From contig NC_086097.1 in NCBI RefSeq assembly GCF_963921235.1, forward strand, positions 7,874,001 through 7,938,000: 64,000 nucleotides of DNA, written 5' to 3'. Origin of the DNA: Mobula hypostoma (taxonomy: Eukaryota). Shown here piece by piece: positions 49,858-62,439 of the stretch (position 1 is its first letter; each line of letters starts with the position of its first letter). Position numbers and translations under genes: made by a program. The notes beneath the pieces are model-generated. The model ran no database searches and had not been told where the DNA came from. It worked only from the letters and a program-made list of their open reading frames with translations.

Positions 49858-52800
49858 GATTCTGCCATTTCATCTTGGCTGATCTGTTTTACCTCTCACC
49901 CCAGCCTCCTGCCCTTTCCTCGTATCCCGCCCTGACCAGTCAAGAATCTATCAACATCTGCCTTAAATATACCCACTGATTAGGCATCCACAGGCACCTG
50001 TGGCAATGAATTCTACAGATTCAACGTTTTCTGGCTATTTTTTGCTCTGGATCCGAAGCAGCACAAAAGACACAATAAAGGACACAATAGTAAAATAAAA
50101 TAAATATAAATACATAACAGAGCTTATACTGTTTGTTCACTTCTTATGTGTGTGTCGTGAAACAAAGGCGATTGTGGGCTATCTATAACCATGATTATTC
50201 TTGGCAAATTTTTCAGCAGAAGTGGTCTGCCATTGCTTTCTTCTGGGCAGTGTCTTTACAAGACAGGTGACCCCAGCCATTGTCAATACTCTTCAGAGAT
50301 TGTCTGGTGTCAGTGTTCGCGTAACCAGGACCTGTGATGTGCACCAGCTGCTCAAACAGCCATCCACCACCTGCTCCCGTGGCTTCACGTGACCCTGATT
50401 GGCGGGGGCGCTAAGCAAGTGCTACACCTTGCCCAAAGGCGACCTGCAGGTTATCGGAAGGAAGAAGCACCTTACACCTCCTTTGGAAGAGACGTATCTC
50501 CACCCCGCCACTTTAGCTTATATACATCTGCATAAAGTGACACTAGACACATGAGTAGCTCTATATAAGGTGAATCGTAATCAGGCATATGTCATGAAAT
50601 GTAAACAACATTTTCCTAGAGATGCTGCCTGGCCTGCTGCGTTCACCAGCAACTTTGATGGATGTTGTTGTCATGAAATGTGTTGTTTTACAAGAGCAGT
50701 ACACTGCAATGCATCATAATAAAAACTAGAAATTACAATAAGTAGATATAAAAATTAAATTAAGTAAGTAGTGCAAAATGAGAGACAAATAAATATATAT
50801 ACTGAGGGAGAGGTAACTCAGGGATTATAAATAAGTGGTGGTTAGTGTGCAGAGGGGTGAGTTATTGGGTGGAGGTGTTGATCAGCCTTACTGCTTGGGA
50901 AAGTAACTAATGTTGGATTGACTTATTTCTAAAACATTTTGTATTATAAAAAGCTACAGGATAGTTTGCAACGGTAAGAATTTTATCCACTGCTGTCCTA
51001 CACACTGTGATCCACACAGAAAATTTTAAAAATCTGCAGATGCTGGGAATCTGGAATGAAGGCATCAAATACTGTTAATAGAGGCATATAAAACTACAGC
51101 AGAGAAACAGACATTTCGGTCCATCTAGTTCATGCTGAACCATTTAAACTGTCTAGTACCTGCCATCCATACCCCTCCCATTCATGTACCTATCCAAACT
51201 TTCTTAAAGATTGAAATTGAAATCACTTCCACCTCTTGTCCTGGCAGCTCGTTCCGCACTCTCACCACCCTCTAAGTGAAGAAGTTTCCCCTCACGTTCC
51301 CCTTAAACTTTTCACCTTTTACAGTCAACCCATGACCTCTGGTTGTAGTACCACCTAACCTCAGTGAAAAAAGCCTGCTTGTGTTTACCCTCACTATACC
51401 CCTCACGATTTTCTATACTTAGATAGGTAGAAAGAGAAAAGCAGTAAATGTGCTGGTTAAAAGACTCATCATTAAATTGGCTATGTTTTTACAGATGTTG
51501 CTTTACCAACTGATACTTTAATATAGTTTTCTATTATGAGACTTTAATTGGTTTATTCCCTTTGTTAGTTAATACAACTTGACAATTCAGTATTTAAAGG
51601 CAAGATTCCTCGATGACCATCAATATATATAAATTAGTAAAACACTTGAAAAAGATAACATTCCGATCGCACTAAATAATTGTCCTAAAGTTGAACAGCT
51701 GTTTAAATAGTTAAAGGTAAACTTTGAAATAAGTTGAAAAAGATGCCTGGACAAAGAGAAATCAGTACCTCAAATTGGATTCTGTGCAGAATAGTGCAAG
51801 GCGATATGTTTGAATTTTTGCGAAGTGCTGCGACACAGTATGGTTTTTCCAGATGGACAAATTAATACAACCTTCCTCAGTGCAGTTATCCAGTGATATT
51901 ATGAATTTAAGATGACTAGGAAGTTCAGTCTCATCTAAAAGCTTCCCAAATGTAAAAAACATCCAAAATTTCATTGGCTGTGAGATTTCCTAGATAGTTA
52001 TATCAGACTTCTGTGGAACAGAGAATATGGGAATTTATAATTTATTATTTATTATTTATTTCTTTGGATACAATATGGAACAGGCCCTTCCAGCATCTCA
52101 AGCCCCTCTGCCGAGCAAACTCCAACTTAATCATAGCCTCATCATAGGACAACTGACATAGGACATAGGACCTATTAACCTTTCTGCTGATGCATCTTTG
52201 AAATGCAGGAGAAATCCAAAGCACCTGGAGGAAACACACACGGTCACCGGGGGTACGTACAAATTCGTTACAGACACTGGCAGCGATTAAACCCTGGTAG
52301 CTGGCCCTGTAAAGCGACATTTTAACAACTAAACTACCGTGCCGCCGCTGATTCTTGATGTAATCCAAACCACATGAAGGTGGCCATCTATATCCCAGTC
52401 AGGCCCTTTTTACTTTTTAAATCAATTTGTTTCCAACGTGAACTCTGATAACCTGGATGGAACATGGGGCTGGTTTGTACAACAACGTCCAAACGTGGTC
52501 ATCTTCACCTCAGGGTTGTTATTATATTTACTTTAGTTACTGTTCGGGATGTTGGAGTTAGGAGTTCAATTCTGGCGTCCTCCATGAGGAAGTTTCTACA
52601 TTCTTTCTGTGTGAATATGTGTCTACTCCAGGTGCGGTCTTCCATTGATTCTATTATGGTTACTATTCTATAGATTTATTGAGTAAGCCTGCAAGAAAGT
52701 GAATCTCCGGATTGTATATGGCGACATATATGTATTTTGCTCCAGTTTCCTCCCACAGTCCAAAGATGTACTGTTTAGTAGATCAATTAACCATTGTATA

Positions 52801-52909
52801 ATGTCCTGTGATTAGACTAGGGTTAAATTGATGGTTTGCGGGGCGTGACGGCTTGATAGGCCAGAAAGGTCCATTCCATGCTGTATCTGTAAATAAAATA
52901 TAAAACATA

Positions 52910-53395
52910 CGAGGGATGATTGATAAATTCATGGCCTAAGGTAGAAATGATCAATTTTAGAAAACCTAGCACATTTATTTTTCCTACATTTACACACAAA
53001 GCCCAGCGGTCGTGGAGCATACGAATCCCTTCTTTGTAGAAGTCGGCGTCTTGGACCTCCAGAAGTGGTCCACAGCAGGGGTGATTGATAAATTTGTGGC
53101 CTAAGGTAGAAGCAGATGAGTTATTAACTTCAAACTTTCTGCATTTTCACTCAAAGAGTTGAACTGCATGTGCAGGTAACGAGAGTTGTATAACTCATCT
53201 CCTTCTACTTTAGGCCACGAAGTTATCAATCATCCCTGCTGTGGACCACTTCTACAAAGAAGGGATCCGTATGCTCCACGACCGCTGCACTAAGTGTGTA
53301 CATGTAGGAGGGGACTATGTTGAAAAATAAATGTGCTAGGTTTTCTAAAATTGACTCCTTCTACCTTAGGCCCCAAACTTATCAATCACCCCTAG
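52910..53395. mobile_element. Palindromic mariner-derived MITE with four TIRs
   Basis: TA TSD; outer and inner (53077-53237) TIR pairs; 53250-53330 reads FYKEGIRMLHDRCTKCVHVGGDYVEK*. Confidence 0.9.
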
Positions 53396-53413
53396 TATGC
53401 TAATATTGAATTT

Positions 53414-54100
53414 AGATTAGATTATGAGAACACTCAGTCCTCTTTTATTGTCATTTAGAAATGCATACATGCATTAAGAAATTAGACAATGTTTCTACGG
53501 AGTGATATCACAGAAAACAGGACAAACCAAAGACTAACACTGACAGCACCTCATAATTATAACAAATAGTTACAGCAGTGCAAAGCAATACCATAATTTG
53601 ATAAAGAAAGGACCATGGGCACAGTAAAAAAAATCTCAAAGTCCCGAGTTGATCGACTCCCGAGTTCCCGGTAGCAGGCAGCAAAGGGAGAAACTCCCTG
53701 CCATAAATCTCCAGGCACCATCAACTTGCCGATACCTTGGAAGCAGCCGACCCCAGCCGACACTGAGTCCATCCGTCCGAAAACTTCGAGCTTCCGAGCA
53801 GCCTCTCCAATACAGCCACCCGAGCGCTATCCTCTGCCGAGCGCCTTCGACCTTGCCCCGGCCACTGAAACACGCAAAGCCGAGGATTTCGGGGCCTTCA
53901 GCTCGAGAGATTCCGGTTACCACACAGTAGCAGTGGCAGCGAAGCGGGCATTTCAGAAGTTTTCCAGATGTTCCACTGTACTCTCACATCTGTCTCTATC
54001 AAATCAGGACTGTGCACGGTCCCCTACTTGACAGATAACAGACATCACCACCGAAGTGGCTGCGCGCGCTGCCATCATGCCGCCATCTTCTCCCCCCTCC
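53414..54100 (-). mobile_element. Non-coding GC-rich retroelement with a Rex1-like tail
   Basis: Minus strand begins near AAGATGGCGGC (YY1-like) and ends GACAATAAAAGAGG...(TAATC)n. Confidence 0.55.
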
Positions 54101-55466
54101 CGAGAGGAATTTATTAAAGTTCTATAAATACTTAAAAGAGATGTTTTGGAATTTTGGGCCTGAGTACCCCTCTGAAGATGAATTCACCTTTCCTCTGAAA
54201 TTTCCTCTTCATTGTCTTGAATTTCCAACCTTTGTTGTACAAAAACAGACATTGTAGTAATAACAAGGAGCCCCTCTGGCTCTCCTCCATTATAAATACA
54301 GATTTTACAAATTTTGTATTAAGCTTGTCACTAAAGCACTGACATTTCTGACATATTACCTTTGAATGTTTAGGAAAAAATTTCCAGTGGCATTTTATTG
54401 TTTGAGAAAATCTTGCTAAGTCTGAAGCTTCTAGTTCAGAAGTAATGTGGGTAATTTAATTTGCAGATGTCATGTAACTGGATACGCGGGATTTACACGT
54501 ATTTGAAGCCTTTTGTAAAGTCCAGCCATGTTGAATAGATGTGTTTTATCGTATTCAGCAGCACTTAATTATATCTCAATTGTTTTCTCCCTCTCTTGGA
54601 CAAACAATTATATAGGGCGTTGACAGAAAGAGGACAAGTCTGCTATGCTATTGTAATGGAAAATATCTGCTTGTCACATAAGGGGACAGCTACATAATGC
54701 TATGCTTAGCTAAATGTCTATCCAAGGAGAATGCATTTTAACACATAATGAGGTCTAATATTGGACTAAATTTAAAAGTAAAATGACAAAGTTTTGAAGT
54801 AAAAAAGGATACCAATTTTTTGTGATAATTTCATAGTTAATATTTTGGTAAACTACTTTAATAAGAAATTCATGGAGACAGATAGTGATATACAGTGGAT
54901 TCTAGCTAATCAGCCGCTTATTTGGGATAACTCTTGAAGAACAAAAACTAACTGAGAAAATAACCTGGATTCCCTTTGTTTATTTGGGACACTATGTTAA
55001 GTGGGGCGGGAGACTGTTGCTGAACAGTGTCAGATATATGTACTTGCATGGCCATTAGACTCTACTCTGTGCTCAGGGTGAGTAGATTTTAAATAGAATC
55101 AGTGGCTTGCGCTTGAGTTCAAAAATCACTTAGAGATGCATGTGGAACAGGCTCTTCCAGTTCAGCAAGCCGCACCGTCTAGCAACCCACCAAAGCCTAA
55201 CCACTGCATTGTTTACTATGACGAATTACTCTCCTAACCAGTACGTCTGGACTGTGGGAGGAAACCAGGGCAACCGGGGTAACCTGAGCATTCCATAGGG
55301 AGGATGTACAAACTCCTTAGAGAGAATGCAGTGACTGAACCATGAATCCAACACACTGAGCTGTGATAAAGTCACGCTAACCACTATGCTTCTGTGGCAC
55401 CCCCATTTCTCATTCACCTCATGCTTAAAATTGTGAAGAGCTTAAAAAGGGTGAAATCTATCAGTC

Positions 55467-56485
55467 TGTCATAAACCCTGTTGGTTTCTGTGGTGAGCCG
55501 TAGAACATGGGGATTCTAGGTATCTCAAGTATCTGTATTTACTAACTGTTGTCTTAACTAGACTCATTAAGCTAATGTGCTTTCTGTTTAATCTTGTCAA
55601 GTTATATGTGGCTAGTAAAGGGGGCTTTCCACATTTTGTGATTACTTAAAGTGGACCCTTGCCTAGCGTTCCTTAGAGTCCTTGTGTGGAGAATAATCTT
55701 TCTCGCAGTGTTGTTCGGTTGTGCCACCAATATCAGACATCCCACCTCTCCCAGAAGTTTCGGGAGTCTCCCGCATATTGATAGCAGCTCCCTGACGCCC
55801 GGAAATTATATACAATATCCCAGAAATTGATTTTTTTGAGACGGAGAGAGAGCGAGAGCAAGCATCCTGATTGGTGTCTCTTCGTGCTAAGTAGACCTAT
55901 CAGTTTTCTCTGTGGGCGGGCTTTACAGCCGACCTCAAAAATAATGACGGTGTTGCTCGCTGCACTGTTTGCAACAGTTACTTTTCTATTGCCCATGGTG
56001 GGTTAAAATGTAAAAGACATGTTGAGGTGAGTTTAACAGGTGTCATTCGTTCATTAGCATAGCTAACGTTATTTAAACTAGCTGGCCAGCTGCTAAGGAG
56101 CTACTCTATTGATGTCCTACCTGAAGAGGCCAAACTCCCTGTAGACTTGCTTAAAGTTGTAATAGAATAAACATGATAATATAATATAATATAAGTACAT
56201 ATTTTAATGTCACATTTTCTGCATATACCCAGCTTGGTTTACAGATTAGACAAAATCACTAAACAAAGTATTACATACACCCTCGGAGGTCGATGGGGGG
56301 GGGCGGGGGGGATATGGGGTTGCGGGGGGTGGGAGTGCTACCTCCCTGAAATGAGTTTTTGCAGGGTGGGATGTCTGCAATATCCTGTTGGAATTCCAAT
56401 CGATAACCTCTTGTTTCCGTCTCCACGTGGGAGTCTGCCGTTCCTCCACACCTAGGTTCAGTCGTTGCCAGCACCCTCCGTGACA
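55467..56485 (+). mobile_element. Old solo-LTR-like repeat split by a TIR transposon
   Basis: TGTCA...TGACA; flanks CAGTC/CCGTC; homologous to 16882-17296. Confidence 0.6.
55734..56377. mobile_element. Non-autonomous TIR transposon with 6-bp TSD, same family as 40635, opposite orientation
   Basis: CAGACATCCCACC...GGTGGGATGTCTG; TSD CAATAT (55728-55733, 56378-56383). Confidence 0.88.
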
Positions 56486-58378
56486 CCGTCTTTTACTCTG
56501 AGCTGGTGAATCACAAACCAGAGGGCATAAATTTAATATGAGAGGGGGAAGACTTGATAGGAACTGTTGGGGCAACTGTTTTACACAAATGGTGGTTTGT
56601 CTGTGAAATAGGCTGCCAGAGAAAGTAGTTGAGCCAGGAGTAATTTTGAAAAATAGCTGGACAAGTACATGGATAGAAAAGATTTTGATGTCAATGCAGG
56701 CCAGTGGGACTAGTTTGGGTGATGCTGCAGAAAGCATCCAGGGACTGGACCATTGCAGCCCTTCCACTAACTGCTGTTTGCCCGATTATGTCACAGCACC
56801 GGATGAGTCTAAATCTAGAACACTGACAGCATAGGGTCTCTTTTCAATGTCTGGGTCACCGTGACCAGCGCGGTAGGAACAGTGAAAGTGTGCTGCAGTA
56901 AGAGAGGGCATTTTACAACATATCCCGGTGATATTAAACCTGATTCTGATATGATTCTGAGCACACTCTTTAGGTAAGTATTTGCCATCGTTTGTAACTT
57001 GAATGGTTTACTGATTGTTTGCTTGTCTTGGAAGTAAATGTTTAACTTAACTAGCAGTAGTGAATGTCTTTTGTCAACACTCACTGAACCCGCAAACCTG
57101 ACTTCACACAATAGATGGACCAAAAGGCTTGTTTCTCCATTATTATGACTATGACTCTCTATCTATGACTCCGTTGGAACAGAAAGGATACAAATTATTT
57201 TTGTCAGGAATTTAACCAGTCCATTGAATCTGTGGGAAACTAACCCACCGACCAATAATTTTACTGACCCCATCAGCGATCAAAGCTATTTCTATAACGT
57301 TTATTTCTATTAAATAGTGCTTGGCAATGAGTCAAAATGTCAGCAGAAGATTGAAAAGGCAGCAATAATGTTAATTTAATTAAATTTAAGTTTAGCATGT
57401 GGGCCAAGCAGACATGGGTTCAATTAGGAGCCGAAGTTAACATGTTTTAATAGAAAGAACGAATACTGCACAGTAGCAGGGTTCAGAAAACTTGCCACAT
57501 TGATGCCAAGATACAGAGGTGTGTGCTACATTATTCTACAATTTTTGTCAACGCAGAAATAATTAACCCATTTGCTTCTTTGGTGAACCATGAAAATGAA
57601 TACCGTACCTTTTCCAATGGATGGATTGGTGCTTTTGTTTTCAAAGGGAAAATAATCACACTATGTATGAAGGGTATAGATAGGGCAAGCTTTTTCCAAT
57701 AAGGTCAGGTGAGACTAGAACTAGCGGTCGTGGGTTAAGGGTAAAATAGTGAAATGTTTAAGGGGAACAGGAGGAGGAACCTCTTCACTTAGCGGGTGGT
57801 GAGATTAAGGGATGGGATGCCAACAAAAGTGGTGGATGTGGGTTGAATTTTAATAATTAAGAGAAGTTTGGATAAGTACATGGATGGGAAGGGTATGGAG
57901 GGCTATAATCAGGGTGCTGCTCGATGGGGCTAGGCAGATCAGTATTTTAGCATGGACAAGGTGAGTCGTGGGCATATTTCTCTGCCGGATTGTTCCATGA
58001 CTCTATAACTCTACGTAGAATCACAAGAACTTTCTTGTCTCATCCAGGGAAGTAGATTTAAATTCATATTATGTTGATCATCTGAAGGGTTGTTTTCACA
58101 AGAAGTTAATGAAAATAGCAGGCCAGATATCATTTGAGAAAAGACAAGTGAATGGCCTGTTGTCAGTACTGATGAAAGATAACTAACCCTGCTAGATGTG
58201 ATTATTTAATTCTTAGATTAGACTATTTAATTGTTATTTTCTTTGCAGTCCAGCAATTAATTATCTGCTTGCATTTTAAGTTGTTCTTATATGAAAATGA
58301 CAGCTTAATATTCTACCTATTGGCCACAATATGCATATGCAGTTGTTCAATTTGTCCCCTAGTGGTTATATTGGTGCA

Positions 58379-58403
58379 ATTCTGGAAAGTTCTGGAAGCT
58401 TCT
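58379..58403. promoter_or_regulatory. Perfect five-pentamer heat-shock element
   Basis: aTTCt gGAAa gTTCt gGAAg cTTCt; function untested. Confidence 0.6.
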
Positions 58404-58879
58404 CTTGGTGCTGCATTATTTGAATAAGAGATTTCTCATTGGCTTGCTTTTATCTACAAATCTGAATGGACTTTTCCTTATCTTCGGTATAAAAATAGCT
58501 GACGATAAGGCACCAATATTTTAGTTCTTTTGTCTCTCCCTGTGCTTACGAGATCTCTATCAATGTTTGTTTTCAACTCTCTTTTTGTTCTATTAACACT
58601 CAATAAAACAATTGTGAAGCAACATGTTTTCTGGTTCTTTCCTGACTTCTGCAAGAACATTTAATTTAAACATCAGAAGCCAACAACCTAAAAGGTTACG
58701 TTTTCCATAGATACTGCCTAACTAACTTAGATTTTTTAACAATTTCCCTTGTTATTTCAGATTTGCAGCATCTTAAGTGTTTTGTTTTTATCTTTCATGA
58801 ATAGTTACAGTAGTCCAATGCATAAAATATTTTTGATTTTAAATGAGTTGCAGGCAGAATGCTTTGCAGTACAAATACT

Positions 58880-59385
58880 GGAAGGGCTATCAACACATTT
58901 TTTTTTGAGAGTGTTGCTTCCTCAGAATTTTATTTGTTTACGATGGACCACTTGAAGCTGAACATAAAAGATAATTTCAGATTACTTGCATCACTTAGGA
59001 ATTTGGAGAAACAAGAAATTAACTTTTGTTGAATATAATGCATTTAATTACATAATGTTTCTTACACTTTGCAATAGTTCAACTAAACTAAAATTGTTTT
59101 GTTGATAATTTTCATTTGTGTGACGCTTATTGCTTAAGTGTCCAACAATAATCAGCCAACATTGATGGATTCCAGTTCCCCTGACCGCAATGTCCTAGTG
59201 AAACCTTTCCCCATGCTCGTCACTGACAGCACCAAAATTTGCAGGGAAGAAGTCTAAATGGAAATGCAGAAAATGAATCTTTAGTGACATGTTGCACTTC
59301 ATGACTTTGTATGCTTGAAGCACATTGTCAACTAGTTGTATATAGTTTGTTGTTCGGTAGTTGCAAGAAATTTTTCAACATCCTT
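58880..59385 (-). mobile_element. DNA transposon 3' end with transposase remnant (Chapaev3-like)
   Basis: 59385 to 59127 reads NYIQLVDNVLQAYKVMKCNMSLKIHFLHFHLDFFPANFGAVSDEHGERFH*DIAV..NWNPSMLADYCWTLK; left boundary approximate. Confidence 0.8.
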
Positions 59386-59666
59386 GCAAACACGAGGGGA
59401 TCTGCAGATGCTGGAAATTCAAGCAACACACACAAAAAACGCTGGTGAATGCAGCAGGCCAGTGAGGGTTTTATGTGAGGGTTTTAGGGGACAGGCCAAA
59501 TTTCTTTAGCTTTCTCAGGAAGTAAAGGCACTGGTGGGCCTTCTTGGCAATGGACTCACCCTCAAAGAAATGTGAGGGGCAAGGTTTTTTTGACACAGAG
59601 ACTGGTGGGTGCTGCCTGGATTAGTGGTAGAAGCAGAAACATCAGAGACTTTTAGGAAACGTTAAG

Positions 59667-59860
59667 ATAGATAGATAGACAGATAGATAGATAGATAGAT
59701 AGATAGACTTTATTGATCCCAAGGGAAATTGGGTTTCGTTACAATTGCACCAACCAAGAATAGAGTATAAATATAGCAATATAAAACCATAAATAATTAA
59801 ATAATAATATGTAAATTATGCCAGATGGAAATAAGTCCAGGACTAGCCTATTGGCTCAGG
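59667..59860 (-). mobile_element. Very short Rex1 3' end with (TATC)n tail, inside a CR1 fragment (about 59560-60050)
   Basis: Body is nearly identical to 60287-60440. Confidence 0.85.
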
Positions 59861-60273
59861 CACATGAAAGTGTTGAAAATGGAAGGACATTAACATAGAT
59901 CACATTTTGCTGAGGAAAATAAGAGGGTATGGACATTTTGTAGGCAGAAGAGATTAGTTTTGTTAGCCAAACTAATTTAATTATTTTGATACAACATTAT
60001 GGGCCGAAGGGCCTGCTCTTGGGCTGACTCTGTGCTATGTTCTATCTTCTATGATGTTTCAGGCCAAGACCCTTGATCGGGACTGTTCATATTCATTTCC
60101 ATAGATGCTGCCTGACCTGCTGAGTTCCTCCAGCACTTTTTTTGTGTGTTTCTCTGGATTACCAGCATCTGCAGAATCTCTGGTGTTTAAATTCGGTGAG
60201 CCCTCAATGAGCCTTCCTGATATCCTCAAAAATCTTCAATCACTTTAAATACACATGACCTTCTCTGAACATA

Positions 60274-60657
60274 TAGTCATAGTCATACTTTATTGATCCC
60301 GAGGGAAATTGGGTTTCGTTACAGTTGCACCAACCAAGAATAGAGTATAAATATAGCAGTATAAAACCATAAATAATTAAATAATAATATGTAAATTATG
60401 CCAGATGGAAATAAGTCCAGGACCAGCCTATTGGCTCAGGGTCTCTGACCCTCCAAGGGAGGAGTTGTAAAGTTTGATGGCCACAGGCAGGAATGACTTC
60501 CTATGACACTCTGTGTTGCATCTCAGTGGAATGAGTCTCTGGCCGAATGTACTCCTGTGCCCACCCAGTACATTATGTAGTGGATGGGAGACATTGTCCA
60601 AGATGGCATGCAACTTGGACAGCATTCTCTTTTCAGACACCACCGTCAGAGAGTCCA
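60274..60657 (-). mobile_element. Rex1 3' fragment
   Basis: MDSLTVVSEKRMLSKLHAILDN..KSFLPVAIKLYN; (CTATGA)n tail. Confidence 0.92.
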
Positions 60658-62439
60658 TATGAATGTCCTCAATTAAGCTGTGTCCTTTAAATAAAAACAA
60701 AGATAAGCACATTTCTAATAGGGTCCATATTTCTCTAATGCCAACATGTTACAGAAAGTTTATATTGTAGAAAATAAAAGAGAGGAGGATAAGGCCAGTA
60801 TGTTAGATCAGAGCTATTGCATTGGGGGAGCAGGAATATATCCATGGACTGATTGGCACAAGCAAGTGGCTTCTGGTCCAGTTCCATATCTAACATTAGG
60901 GAAAGAGATTCATAGACCCAATTCATAAAAGGTTGCCATCCATCAGAACACAGAATATAGAACACTACAGGCCCTTTGGCTAACAATGTTGTGCTGTCCT
61001 TTTATTTATTCTAAGATAAATCTAACCCTTCCCTCCTACATAACCCTTCATTTTTCTATCATCCATGTGCCTATCTAGGAGTCTTTTAAATGTCCCTAAT
61101 GAATCTGCCTGTACCACCACCCCTGGCACAGTGTTCAACGCACCCGCCACTCTCTGTGTAAAAAAACTTAACTCTAACACGCATCTTAAACCTTCCTCCA
61201 ATCACCTTAAAATTATGCTCCCTGGTGTTACCCATAGCTGCAACACAGTCTGGTATAGAGCGGGTGGGGGACATTGCACATGCTCAAAATAAGCTGCAGA
61301 AAGTTGCAAACTAAGCCAGCTTCATTGTGGGCACTAGCCTCCCGGCAACCAGAACATCTTCAAAACAGGGTCCATGATTAAGGAGCACCCCCTCCCCCCC
61401 CACCCAGGACATGCCTGCTTTCATTGCTGTCATTAGAGAGGAGGTGCAGGAGGGTGAAGACCTGTACTCAACTATTTAGGGGCAGCTTTTTCCCCTATGC
61501 CATCAGATTTGTGAACGGACAATGAACCAGTGAACACCACCACACTACTTTTGCTTTGCTCCCTTTTATCTATATACTGTACGTACATTTCTACTTATTC
61601 AACGCACATAAAATGCTGGGGAAGGGGAAACTCAAAGGTGCTTAGCGTAGGCACACATCGAAGAGACTCTGCAGTGGATTGGCAAACCATAAGCAGAAGA
61701 GATTCTGCAGATGCTTCTAATCTAAAACACAGACAAAACGTGGCATTCAGTCGGTTAACAATGCCATCTGTCCTTATTTAACCTCAATCATTTTGAGAAA
61801 CGGTGCATTAAGTATTTCTCACTACTGTGCTTTAAGGTAGCAAGCCAATTCATTAAATATTAAATACAATCATCAGTAATTACAGAAACAGATGACAGCT
61901 ATATGCAGGACATGTACCTTGTCAAGTTTAAATAGCAATCAGTCTCAGCTGGCTGTCAGTAATTCCCTTTGAAAATACCTGACCTGCCACAAGTCCCCAA
62001 GGTTTATTTATGTCAAGTTTCTAAGATCTGCCCTTCTCTCCATAAACTCCTCCGACTCTCCCCTTCTCATCTCTCTTTTACAATCCTCATTTAAATTGAG
62101 TCTGAAAATTTGCCTTTCTCTGAACCAACCTTTTGAACATCTACACTGATACAAGATGTTAATGACATGGCATCAATTTTTGTAACAGCAATGTTATTGT
62201 GAAAAATAAATTGCAGGATATTTTGTGACAGAAATGTATTGTTGTTGGAGAAAACTTTTTCATCTTCATTTATTTTAGTCTTCCTCTATAACATCTTAGA
62301 GGATCAGTTCATAATCGCCAATATATGCGCAAACACTGCTTGAAAACTGATCAGGAGGGAAAAGCAAGATGTAATCTGCCATTTCTGCAACAATAGATTT
62401 AAATAATTGCTTCAGACCCAAAGCCTCCTTCCTGGGATC

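Noticed and set aside
51762..51977. Possible minus-strand exon (70 aa)
   Set aside because: Weak splice signals and no recognisable protein similarity.
56246..56767. 173-aa minus-strand ORF
   Set aside because: It spans antisense CR1, LTR-like and MITE sequence; a chance frame.
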